Source: Octopus vulgaris (Eukaryota). Taken from it: DNA of 64,000 bases. The translations under genes were made by a program, and so were the position numbers. The notes below the pieces were generated by a model. It saw only the letters and a list, made by a program, of their open reading frames with translations. It did not search any database and was not told the DNA's origin. Positions 28,261 to 40,384 of this stretch are shown here, in pieces. Each line of letters starts with the position of its first letter. Within the stretch, counting starts at the first letter, position 1. The stretch covers positions 33,976,001 to 34,040,000 of the forward strand of contig OX597830.1 in NCBI GenBank assembly GCA_951406725.2, written 5' to 3'.

Positions 28261-29009
28261 TTTATGCCTTTCCATTGGTGACATCAAGTGAATGAGTCAT
28301 CACAGCCCCACTAAATTCTCCTTTGATGTTTCTGTCCCCTCAATGAGTAAAGCAGTTTCGCTGTTTAGGCTACCTGGTGTAATATGTATAGTATTCTAGT
28401 TCTGGAAAGGTTTGCCATATCCCTGTATGGCATAAGAGGTGACTAAAAGAATTGGGAACAGGAAGGGCTGTAAGATACGACCTCACAAAATCAGTCCAAC
28501 TCATGCAATGATGGAAAAGAGTATATGATACAATATCAACATCAACAATGATGGTGATGATATATACCTACATCCTATACATATACACCTCTCTTTCTCT
28601 TCAGCCTTTTTTTAAAAATTTAGACACAGGAGGAATAATATCTAAAATCACTCAGCCATTTCTGTCCCTATGAACAGATATATAAATTTGATATATAGAC
28701 TTCGTTTTCTTTTTTAAATAAACACTGTTTAGCATGATAATTTTTTTTTTTTTACTTGTTTCTATCATTTGACTGTAGTCAAGCCGGGGTGCCACCTCGA
28801 GTCAAGTCCAGGACTATTTTCAAGCCAAAGTACTGATTGATATCGTTCTCTTTTGCTAAACCACTAAGTTACAAGTACATAAATACACCAACACCAGTTG
28901 TCAAGCAGTAGAGGAAGACAAACACAGACACAAAGACACAGACACACATAGATACAAAGACACATACACACTCACACACACATACACACACACATCTTCT
29001 CTTATCTTC

Positions 29010-29248
29010 TCTTACTTGCTTCAGTCGTTTGACTGCAGCCATGCTGGAGCACCACCGTAAGGGATGTTAGTCGAAGAAATCAACCCCAGGACTTATTCTT
29101 TGTAAGCCTAGTACTTATTCTATCGGTCTCTTTTGCTGAACTGCTAAATTACGGGGACATAAACACACCTGCATCGGTCGTCAAGCAATGGCATGGGGGA
29201 AAAACACAAATACATACATACTTACATACATACATACATACATACACA

Positions 29249-29287
<39 letters not shown>

Positions 29288-29440
29288 GGCTTCTTCCAGT
29301 TTCCATTTGCCAAATCCACTCACAAGGCTTTGGTTGGCCCAAGGCTATAGTAGAAGACACTTGCCCAAGGTGTTACGCAGTGGGACTGAACCCAGTACCA
29401 TGTGGTTGGGAAGCAAGCTTCTTACCACACAGCCGCACCT
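29010..29440 (-). mobile_element. SINE, dominant family
   Basis: Reverse-complement match to 2110-2505. Confidence 0.85.
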
Positions 29441-30231
29441 GCACCTATATATACATGATGGTCTTCTTTTACTCACAAGGCTTAAGTCACTCCCCCAAGG
29501 TGCCACACAGTGGGACTGAAATTGGAACCATGTGGTTTGAAAGTAAGCTTCTTACCACACTGCCACAAGTGGGGAAAAATTATTACAAACATACATTCTG
29601 TGAAATGGTTGGCATTAGGAAGGGATTAGAACTTTAGAAATCATGTTAAAGCAGACACTAGAACTTGGTACAATCGTCTGTACAACCCATTCCAGCATGG
29701 AACATGGACATTAAACAATGATGATGATAGTTTGTGTAAATAAAAACTAAATGGTAAGGTCAAAAGAACTACAGCAGGCTTGAACTCATGACCAATCGTT
29801 TGTCAATTATCTATCCATGTGAAAATTTCTCTTCTAAGTAAAGAAACAAAGGCAGAAAAAAATAAATAGGTGACCTAGAATTACTCCAATATAAGAAGAA
29901 AAGCCAAGTAATGAGAAGTTTGATAAATATTTTCTTAAAGTTAAATTAATTTACAAACAGAAAGAACAAGAAAAAAGAAAAGAAAAGCGAGAGAGACAGA
30001 GAGAGAGAGACAGAGAAATAGAGAGGGACAGAGAGTGAGTGAGAGAGAGAGGAAATGAACAGAATTGCAGTAATCAGGGAGAAAAATGAGTTCATTTTCA
30101 ATAGATTTCACTGCCAACAACCCCCAATTTGAAAAAAAAAATTAAAAAACACTATACTTTCAATTAAACCCAAATTTTATTTTAATTTTCTAAAACAAAA
30201 AGACAAAACACACACACACACACACACACAT

Positions 30232-30266
<35 letters not shown>

Positions 30267-30714
30267 CACACACTAAAAAAAAGATGCAAACAGACAAGTG
30301 GGAGGGGAGATCCCAACATTTTTGCTTGGAACAGAGACGGAATTCCTAACCAGGGAATTGGTAGTAAAGTAAATTATCATTAAATTCTAAGAGGTTTGAT
30401 TCCTACAGTTTTTTTCATTACCATTTATTTGATAAATATAAAACTGAAAAAAATAAAAAAAACTTTCACAAATGAGTGAACAAAAACAAACAAAAAATGA
30501 GAAAAGTGAAAAGCAGAATCAAGAACATACTCATTTAATCAAGAGTTATATTCCAATGTGTATGTGTGTTTACACGCACATACACACACGCACACACACA
30601 TATATATGGATGTTAGATGATGATGAGAATGATGATACATACGTGTGTGTATGTGAGTATGTGAATACATATATAAATATATATATATATATATATGTAT
30701 GTATATATACATGC

Positions 30715-30756
<42 letters not shown>

Positions 30757-31396
30757 GTATATATGAATATGTATATATATGTATATGTACACATATATAT
30801 ATATATGTATATACACATGTATGTATGTATATATATACATGTATATATACACACACACATATATATATATATATATGTATGTATTATATAGGGCATTATT
30901 TTTCATCTGTTTTCAAAATCCTTTTGGGAATGCAATGGAAAATTTATTGAAGAATATAATTCTGCTGTAAACGAGCCGATAAAACAAATAGTAAACACGC
31001 TTAATGAAATCACAACACGTACTGTGAATCTAGATCGATAGTCTTCTCTTTGCTAATTACTCTCTAGATATATTAAAACTCTCACGTAATTATTATTCCT
31101 TGCTACTTAATCTGTGTGGGAGTAGAGTTTGTTTAATTATCTTTTTGAGAGTAACGTACGTGTGTGTGTATATATGTGTGTGTATGTATGCGTGTGTACT
31201 TCTACTGAGTATGTAGTATGTATATGCACACTTAGTACACACAGACAGGCGCACGCACATGCATACTTATATTGTCTGTGTATAATTATTTCTTAATTTA
31301 GTTGATTGGCTACTAGCAGATATCTATCTATGTGCATACATACCTGTGTATGTAGATAGACAGATGCATGCATGCGCATGTGTGTGTGTATGTGTG

Positions 31397-31436
<40 letters not shown>

Positions 31437-31524
31437 CATATATGTACACACACGTATATAAAAGCTTGGATGTGTGTATGTGTAGAACTATGCTATTATA
31501 GAGCTAGATATTTGTGTATAGGTT

Positions 31525-32180
31525 GTTTTTGTAATAGCACAGTTCAAGCAAAAGTTCTTCATGCCAGTGAGACATGGAAAATCACAATGAAAATCAAATC
31601 AGCAGAAAGCTAGATGTGTTCCTTCAAAAATGGTTGGGAATGATTCTGAGAATATACTGAGAAGACTGCATTACCAATGAAGACAGTTTAACTCTTTCAT
31701 TACTGTGTTTATTTTGAGATACTCTGTGTTTCTTTCAATTACTTTAAATTTAACAAAGAATTTAGTAAAATAACTTAGTTATCATTAAGCTAGTGTTAGG
31801 AACATAAATTGTGACTAAGGTTTGGTGAAAGATTTTAATTGAGAACTTATGAAAACAAGACATTTGTATTCAGAACTAGAGCCGGTTTCAGCCAGGTTGG
31901 TAACGAAAGGGTTAAAGAGAACGAACACAAGACCACTTAGTGAGATCATCACGGAAGGAAGATCAAAACTAGAGGGTCACATATGCCAGTTACCAGAACA
32001 AAGCATTCTAAAACAGCTTTCAAAAAGACACCACTGGAGGGGAAAGGAATGGCAGAAATATTCATAAAAGAAATGAGAAAAGCCAATATTACATGCCCCA
32101 TTGCAGAGAAAAGCACAACTAGCAGAAACCAGTGGTATCAACTTGCTGCCCAATGTGCTCAAGAGCACAGAAAGAAATGA
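31525..32180 (+). mobile_element. Old RTE-type LINE fragment interrupted by a MITE
   Basis: VLHASETW.IT before the MITE; RTNTRPLSEII..GRSKLEGHI after it. Confidence 0.6.
31692..31911. mobile_element. piggyBac-type MITE with TTAA target duplication
   Basis: TTAA|CTCTTTCATTAC ... GTAACGAAAGGG|TTAA; 220 bp; closely related copy at 42041-42261. Confidence 0.85.
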
Positions 32181-32220
<40 letters not shown>

Positions 32221-32221
32221 G

Positions 32222-32590
32222 AGCACAATGGCCCAGTGGTTAGGGCAGCATATTCACAGTCATAGGTTCATGGTTTCAATTCCAAACTGGGCATTGTGAT
32301 TGTTTATTGAGTGAAAACACCTAAAGCTCCACGAGGCTCTGGCAGGAAGTGTTGGCAAACCCTGCAGTACTTTTTCATTACAACTTTCTCTCCTCTTTCC
32401 TGTTTCTGTTGTACCTGTATTTCAAAGAGCCAGCCTTGCCACACACTGTGTCATTCTGAATCTCCCCAAGAACTACGTTAAGGGTACACATGTCTGTGGA
32501 GTGCTCAGCTATTTGCATGCTAATTTTATGAGCAGGCTGTTCCGTTGATCAGATCAACTGGAACCCTCATCGGCCTAACCGATATAGTGC
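32222..32590 (+). mobile_element. tRNA-derived SINE (fourth family)
   Basis: TGGCCCAGTGGTTAGGGCAG head; shares GAGTGAAAACACCTAA(A)GCTCCACG with the copy at ~34841-35135. Confidence 0.7.
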
Positions 32591-33018
32591 TACGATATAT
32601 ATACACATATATATATATATGAAATCAAAATATGCAGCAGGATATCAAGTAGTGATGCAGCACAACCATTTGAAGCAGCTCCATTTAATTGAACAATGCA
32701 ATCATTACATCGATTTAAATGTGGTGCCATCTTCAGCAGTGCAAATAAATAAATAGAATTTTAGCCAGCTGGACACGTTAATATAACTTTTCTCAACTAT
32801 TTTAGCAGACCAGATGGAAGAAATTCATGTTGTCATTATTGTAGCTAAGAATAGATAATACCAGGCTGACTTGGTGCTTCAACTGAAGTACCTAATTAAA
32901 CTGAATCTCAATTATTTCTATATATATATTAATAATAAAAAGGTAAAATAAATTAATTAATAATTTTACCAAGTAGATTGGTACGTGAAAATAACCCTTT
33001 TAGGTAAAATTACACGAA

Positions 33019-33229
33019 TATTCTATAATTATAAACATAATTATAATTAGGGGTCAGCTAATTGCTTCACCACGTACCAAATTTAGAAATAGGAGTTAAA
33101 ATTCCTTTTCTACTACTGTTAGATTCTTACAGTAGTAGAAAAGGAATTTTTAACTCATATTTCTAAATTTGGTACGTGGTGAAGCAATTAGCTGACCCTA
33201 ATTATAATTATGTTTATAATTATAGAATA
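33019..33229. repeat. Near-perfect fold-back inverted repeat (~100-bp arms, minimal loop)
   Basis: 33019-33119 is the reverse complement of 33129-33229 with only a few differences. Confidence 0.95.
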
Positions 33230-33242
33230 GTTTGTGTGTGTG

Positions 33243-33336
<94 letters not shown>

Positions 33337-33873
33337 GTTTGGAGGTGATGTACACATTTTTTCCCTTTGAAAACATTTTTCTTTCAGACCCTCTGGTGAG
33401 CTGGCTGAACCAAAGTAAGCATCTGTTCTAGCCACCTACTTAAAAATATTCTTTTTCTTTATCTCTTGTTCAAAACACTTCCTTTCAGATACACAGGTAC
33501 ATGCACACACACACACTCTCTCTCACTTTCTCCCTCTGCTATCTCTCCATTCCTCTCCCACTTTTCCTACCCTTTACACACCACATTACTCTTTCCCCTC
33601 TCTCTCTCCACCCCAACCCATTCACTAATACAATAAAAAGAGACAAATCCCTTCACACAATTTAAATCTGAAGAATCTATTAGAGTAGATGAAAATATGT
33701 GATTTCTAAAAACATTTGACATGTTAATAAATATTTGTATATGTACAACCATCCAGATCTCTGAATACCTTATTTTTTCTAATATATATAAACAAACACC
33801 TTCCATGCTGCAATTGTTTTCGTTCCAGCACATGATCTCAGATCAGGTGACTTGCTATGCAAGTACACCTCTG

Positions 33874-33927
<54 letters not shown>

Positions 33928-35349
33928 AATGAACACTGGGCAACGACGTGTCAGTTAAGCAAAAGGTACATTAATTGAAGCTGAAACACCTTTGGTTATA
34001 GTTTTTGTTTTGTTTTTAACTGTGCCTCTGGTGATATGGTCATTGTTTTTTTCAATCAGAAAGGAAGAGCAATGTCCATGATTCTTCACAGGGTCTCTAA
34101 GGTTGATGGGAGAGACCTGCTCTGAGTATTTGTAAAAGAAGTCACTTTTATCAAAATAAAAGGGCAAGGCAGTAGCATTAAGCTAGGTAACAGATTATTT
34201 ATCACAGACAAAAAGGCCATGACATAACTGGAATTGAGAACACAAAGACCCTGAACAAATATGCTGACATGGTCAGGCATCTCCTCTGATGCTTTAGAAT
34301 TTCTGCCAGTTCACCGTCTGATTTGATAAAGATTTAGCTGTTATTTCCAGCAAGTAAATTGATTTTGCTGTGGAAGATTATGGAGAGAATTTGTGTGTAG
34401 ATGAATTTAAAACAGCCTGTTCACAAATCATTTGAAGACCATACAAAAAAATATGATTTATGCTGTAGGGATGATGGGGGAGTAAAGACCCCACTTCAAT
34501 CATGAAACACTTTGAGGAACAAGTCTAAGCAAGGTTGTTTTTATGGAAGGCTGACAATCACCCATCCATACCAATCTTCCCTCTCCATGCCACTGATGTT
34601 GTTCAAAGGAAAGGAAAGGTAAACGCCAATACAGCTTGGCCCCAGTGATGTCACAACTCATTTTTACAGCTAGGTAAACTGGAGCAATGTGAAATAAAGT
34701 GTCTTGTTCAAGAACACAACACAACCTGGTTCAAGAATTGAACTCACTATCTCATGATTGTGAGCCCAATGCTCTAACTACTAGCCATGTGCCTTAAGAT
34801 CTATATGGTAATTTAATGCAGTTACTTACCAAAGAAGTGGAGGCACACATGGCCTAATGGTTAGAGCAGTGGACTCATGGGTTCAGATCTCAGACCGGGT
34901 GATGTGAGTGCTTATGAGTGAAACACCTAAGCTCCACGCAGCTCTGGTAGAAGGTAAGGGCAAACTTCTGCTGACTCTTTTGCCGCAATTTTCTCTCACT
35001 CTTTCCTCCTACATCTAGCAGCTCACCTGCGATGGACTGGCGTCCCATCCTGGTGGGGAACGTATAATCCAATGAAACCAGGAAACCAGCCTTTTTAAGC
35101 CAGGCATGGCTTGAGAATGAACAAACAACAACAACACTTACCTATGAATATGTAAAATAAAGATTCATTTCTTTTCCTTGCCAAACATGTAATCTTACAG
35201 ATTCTTACATACTTGTAATTCACTCTTCGTAGTAAAATGGTCCCCTGCTCATGACAAAGATACTCCTTCACTGGTTTTTCTTACTCTATTGTCTATTATA
35301 TGTAGCTTCTAGTCTATGATAAGTTGCAGCATTTTACTGCTTTACATCA

Positions 35350-35380
35350 TTTGTTTTTCTTTTCTTTTTTTTACTTGCAG
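35350..35380 (+). promoter_or_regulatory. 3' splice acceptor of a 5'-UTR intron of the repeat-CYTH gene
   Basis: Long T/C tract followed by ttgcag|G, 66 nt upstream of the ATG. Confidence 0.7.
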
Positions 35381-35446
35381 GTGATTTCTTCAACATAACT
35401 CACATCAATATTTGAAAGTAATTTTGAGAATTTTAAAAGGATAATA

Positions 35447-38400
35447 ATGGAGGATCAGTCCCTTAACTGCTACGTTGACCATTTTGAACAGAAATTCACG
35501 ATTAGTAGACCAAGATACACTCGTTCAGATCTGATTGCAAATGTAGATTACGAAAGAGTGGACCGCTCTTGTAACTTTGCTGAAGATGTTTCTATCAAAG
35601 AGCAAGTCTCTCATTCTGTGGAGAGTACTCCAGTTGCCGCAATGAAAGCAAATCCTGCTGATGGAAATGATGCAATGAAAGATCAAGCTTTCTATACAAA
35701 CGAAACCTTTCCAGGTGTTGATAGGTTTGAAAATTTCTTGCTCGACTCAGATATCCACAAAGATAAGGTGATTGTAAAAGCTAGAGATTTTGTTGAGGGA
35801 GAAGTTGTGCATCAGGAAACAATTGAAATATTGCTCAAAACTCAAAAGAATATTGAAGTTGATATTGATGAAATGCAAGCTGATGATAAAGCTAAGGAGA
35901 CAGCTACAACAAGTTTATACATCAACCCTGAAAAGAATATTGAAAAGAGTCTTCAGAAAATGCAAGCAGGTGGTAGAGATACGTCACCTGCAGTAAGAAA
36001 TTTAGCCCTCAGTCATAAATTTGGAACTGAAGCCGATTTAAGGATAAAAGATATCAAGTCTGCAAAGACTGTTGAAGTAGGAATTAGTCCAAGACAAGCT
36101 GGTAGTAGTGACACACCAAATGCGAGCAAAAGTTTAGCCTTTACACCTAAACTTAGAACTGAAGCTGAATTAGGTGTTAACACTCTCAGATCTGAAAAGA
36201 ATATTGAAAGTAGTGTTGGTCTAAAACAAGTTGGTGGTATGGATACATCAACTGAATCCAAGAATTTAAGCTACACTCCAAAGTTAAGAACTGAAACAGA
36301 ATTAGGAATTAAAAATCTAAAATCTGAGAAAGCAATTGGCGTTGGGGTTGATTCAAGACAAGCAGGTGGTCTAGATACGTCGACTGAATCAAAGAATTTA
36401 CAATATACTTCGAAATTCGGAACTGAAGCAGAGTTAGAAGTTAAAAAACTCACATCTGAGAAAACTGTTGGCATTGGAATTGATTCAAGACAAGCAGGTG
36501 GTATGGATACATCGATTGAATCCAAGAATTTAAGCTACACTCCGAGATTCGGAACTGAAGCAGAGTTAGAAGTTAAAAAACTCACATCTGAAAAAACTGT
36601 TGGCATTGGAATTGATTCAAGACAAGCAGGTGGTATGGATACATCGATTGAATCCAAGAATTTAAGCTACACTCCGAGATTCGGAACTGAAGCAGAGTTA
36701 GAAGTTAAAAGACTCACATCTGAAAAAACTGTTGGCATTGGAATTGATTCAAGACAAGCTGGTGGTATGGATACATCGATTGAATCCAAGAATTTAGCCT
36801 ACACTCCGAGATTCGGAACTGAAGCAGAATTAGAAGTTAAAAATCTTAAATCTGAGAAAACAGTTGGTGTTGGAGTTGATTCAAGACAAGCTGGTGGTAT
36901 AGATACATCAATTGAATCCAAGAATTTAACATACACTCCGAAATTTGGAACTGAAGCAGAATTAGAAGTTAAAAAACTCACATCTGAGAAAACTGTTGGC
37001 ATTGGAATTGATTCAAGACAAGCAGGTGGTATGGATACATCGATTGAATCCAAGAATTTAACATACACTCCAAAATTCGGAAGTGAAGCAGAACTGGAAA
37101 TTAAAAAACTCACATCTGAGAAAACTGTTGGCGTTGGAATTGATCCAAGACAAGCTGGTGGTATAGATACTTCGACTGAGTTGAAGAATTTAAGTTACGC
37201 TCCTCCGAGATTTGGAACTGAAGCAGAATTAGAAGTTAAGAATCTCAAATCTGAGAAAACAGTTGGCGTTGGGGTTGATTCAAGACAAGCAGGTGGCATG
37301 GATACATCGATTGAATCCAAGAATTTAGCCTACACACCGAGATTTGGAACTGAAGCAGAATTAGAAATTAAGAATCTCAAATCTGAGAAACCAGTTGGTG
37401 ATGGAGTTGATTCAAGACAAGCAGGTGGTATAGATACATCGATTGAATCCAAGAATTTAAGCTACACTCCAAAATTTGGAACTGAAGCAGAATTAGAAAT
37501 TAAGAATCTCAAATCTGGGAAAACAGTTGGCGTTGGAGTTGATTCAAGACAAGCAGGTGGTATAGACGCATCAATTGAATCCAAGAATTTAAGCTACACT
37601 CCGAAATTCGGAACTGAAGCAGAATTAGAAATTAAGAATCTCAAATCTGGGAAACCAGTTGGTGTTGGAGTTGATTCAACTGAAGCAGAATTAGAAATTA
37701 AGAATCTCAAATCTGGGAAACCAGTTGGTGTTGGAGTTGATTCAAGACAAGCAAGTGGTATAGACGCATCAATTGAATCCAAGAATTTAAGCTACACTCC
37801 GAAATTCGGAACTGAAGCAGAATTAGAAATTAAGAATCTCAAATCTGGGAAACCAGTTGGTGTTGGAGTTGATTCAAGACAAGCAAGTGGTATAGACGCA
37901 TCAATTGAATCCAAGAATTTAAGCTACGCTCCGAAATTCGGAACTGAAGCAGAATTAGAAATTAAGAATCTCAAATCTGAGAAACCAGTTGGTGTTGGAG
38001 TTGATTCAAGACAAGCAGGTGGTATAGACGCATCAATTGAATCCAAGAATTTAAGCTACGCTCCGAAATTCGGAACTGAAGCAGAATTAGAAATTAAGAA
38101 TCTCAAATCTGAGAAACCAGTTGGTGTTGGAGTTGATTCAAGACAAGCAGGTGGTATAGACGCATCAATTGAATCCAAGAATTTAAGCTACACTCCGAAA
38201 TTCGGAACTGAAACAGAATTAGAAATTAAGAATCTCAAATCTGAGAAAACAGTTGGCGTTGGAGTTGATTCAAGACAAGCAGGTGGCATGGATACTTCGA
38301 TTGAATCCAAGAATTTAAGCTACACTCCGAAATTTGGAACTGAAACAGAATTAGAAGTTAAAAATCTCAAATCTGAGAAAACAGTTGGCGTTGGAGTTGA

Positions 38401-39473
38401 TTCAAGACAAGCAGGTGGTATAGATACATCGATTGAATCCAAGAATTTAAGCTACACTCCGAAATTCGGAACTGAAGCAGAATTAGAAATTAAGAATCTC
38501 AAATCTGAGAAAACAGTTGGCGTTGGAGTTGATTCAAGACAAGCAGGTGGTATAGACGCATCAATTGAATCCAAGAATTTAAGCTACACTCCGAAATTCG
38601 GAACTGAAGCAGAATTAGAAATTAAGAATCTCAAATCTGAGAAAACAGTTGGCGTTGGAGTTGATTCAAGACAAGCAGGTGGTATAGACGCATCAATTGA
38701 AACCAAGAATTTAAGCTACACTCCGAAATTCGGAACTGAAGCAGAATTAGAAATGAAAGCTAGAGGTTTTGGTGCTGATTTGAAAACAAAAGTATATGAA
38801 TCAAATTTTGATTCTTGTAAGGAGATTCCTAAATGGAATTTCGGAGAAGAGAATAAAATTGAAACCTCAGTTACTCAGGGTCAAACATTTGATCACAAAG
38901 GCCGACCAATGGTAGATCAGAAATTTAATCTGACTTCAACCAATATCTCTCAATCAATTGCAAAAGCTATTTTGCTAAGGCGGAAATTTCAATTTGATAA
39001 TTTCGATCTTGAAAAACTTGTTCAAGCAAAGGGCGTTGAAATTTCAGAAGAAAGTTTTGAAGATGTCTATTACGACACTAAATTTTATGATTTAATTCTC
39101 TCTGATAGCTGGCTGCGTATGAGAAATGGTAAATGGGAATTGAAATTGCCAGAAACTGACGATAAAGCAAAGCTTTATACATGCAATTACATGCAAGTGG
39201 AGAAAGAAAATGAAATCCAAAAGGCTTTGAAAAAGTGGCCTCATTTGGGAACAGCTACAAAGGAAAACAAAACATTTTTGGAAGAGTTTCAATTGAAGCC
39301 ATTTGCAGAATTCTCATCAGTAAGAAAAACCTACCAGCTGCCAATGGATTACATGGTTGTTGTGGAATTTAGTCGTTTTGGATTTAATGTCGCTGTCATT
39401 GAAAAGAAGATAGAATATGAAGGAGACATCTGTGAAGCCACAAAGAACATCAATAATTTGGCAAACCAATTTG
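35447..39473 (+). CDS. THTPA: Large coding exon: ~21 x 44-aa tandem-repeat region fused to a C-terminal CYTH / thiamine-triphosphatase-like domain (probably catalytically degenerate); C-terminal exon not located
   Basis: 1346-codon open frame. Polypyrimidine acceptor ttttttttacttgcag ends at 35380. In-frame TAA at 35396-35398 precedes ATG 35447. Donor TTTG|GTAAGT at 39473|39474 (the unspliced frame stops at 39485-39487). The C-terminal ~170 aa (from ~38969) carry THTPA-type motifs RKF, FEDVYYDT, SDSWLRMR, WELK, FAEF-x-x-x-RK, FGF-x-V-x-x-x-E and I-x-x-LA-x-x-x-G. The symbol means THTPA-like; orthology is not shown. Confidence 0.85.
36017..38755 (+). repeat. Coding minisatellite, 132-bp unit (consensus KFGTEAELEIKNLKSEKTVGVGVDSRQAGGIDxSIESKNLSYTP), ~21 copies
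   Basis: Units counted directly from the translation. There is one +3-nt unit (YAPPRFG, ~37200) and one exact 66-nt half-unit duplication (37613-37678 / 37679-37744). Degenerate partial copies extend 5' to ~35835. Confidence 0.97.
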
Positions 39474-40384
39474 GTAAGTTTTTCTGATTCAGTTTTCTCT
39501 TCCTACTTCTTTTTATTATTTGTCTATGTTATGTCTCATTTTATTTTATTTACTCTCATATTGTTTTATCTTTCTACTTTAACAATTTCCATGCTTGAAT
39601 TCATGTGGTGGTGCTTTGTATACATACGTAAGTGTATACATATATATATATATATGTGTGTGTGCTTACATATATAAGTACACATGTTACATAGAATATT
39701 GTTGATTTGTTAAGGATACCTGTTTCTAATGGAATATGCAGCATGTTATGTGATAATTCAATAGGTAAGTAGTGCTATTGATCTGATGATCATATGGCTG
39801 GAAGACTCATTCATGAAAATCAAGAGGAGTCTATTATATATATGCATATACATAAATATACACACGCACTAACAGATATACACGATATAACAGTTATAAA
39901 GAATAAAAATGAAAACGAGATCATACAGTTTATATTAAAATATATCAAAATACACAATTGATATGTAAGACCATGGAATATTGTTGCTAACTGGCTATCT
40001 GATTGAATTGCGTAAAATGAAGGTAGTAACTCTCCATGACTTTAACATTTTGGTCTGAAAAAAGTTCATTTAATTTGGCTACTAAATATTTTGCAACAAG
40101 AAATTTTGTATATGTCATAGCTGAATTCTTGTTAAATATATACATCCATTGCCAGAAATATAAAGAGTGAAGATATCTCTCTCTTGACTGGACACTTTTA
40201 CAAAATTATTGTTGCTGTCTTTATTTGATTTATAAATTTAATTATTTTTCAAATACCAAATGTAGTTAGACAAAGTTGTTTCAGTCCATCTGACTGAAGT
40301 TCTGGATGCATACACATGTTGGCTATATCTTAATTTGAATGGATTTACTGTTAACCCAAATGTAATTATTACCAGCTAATAGCA

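Noticed and set aside
27700-28295. Arg/Glu/Lys-rich and Ser/Leu/Pro-rich ORFs
   Set aside because: Products of a CT-rich low-complexity tract, open in many frames.
36013-37782. Antisense ORFs within the 132-bp array
   Set aside because: Shadow frames of the sense repeat.
36017-38755. CRISPR-like regular periodicity
   Set aside because: Units are contiguous with no unique spacers, they are protein-coding, and the context is eukaryotic with no cas genes.
39783-39830. CTGATGA...GAAA as a hammerhead
   Set aside because: No stem I, II or III pairing.
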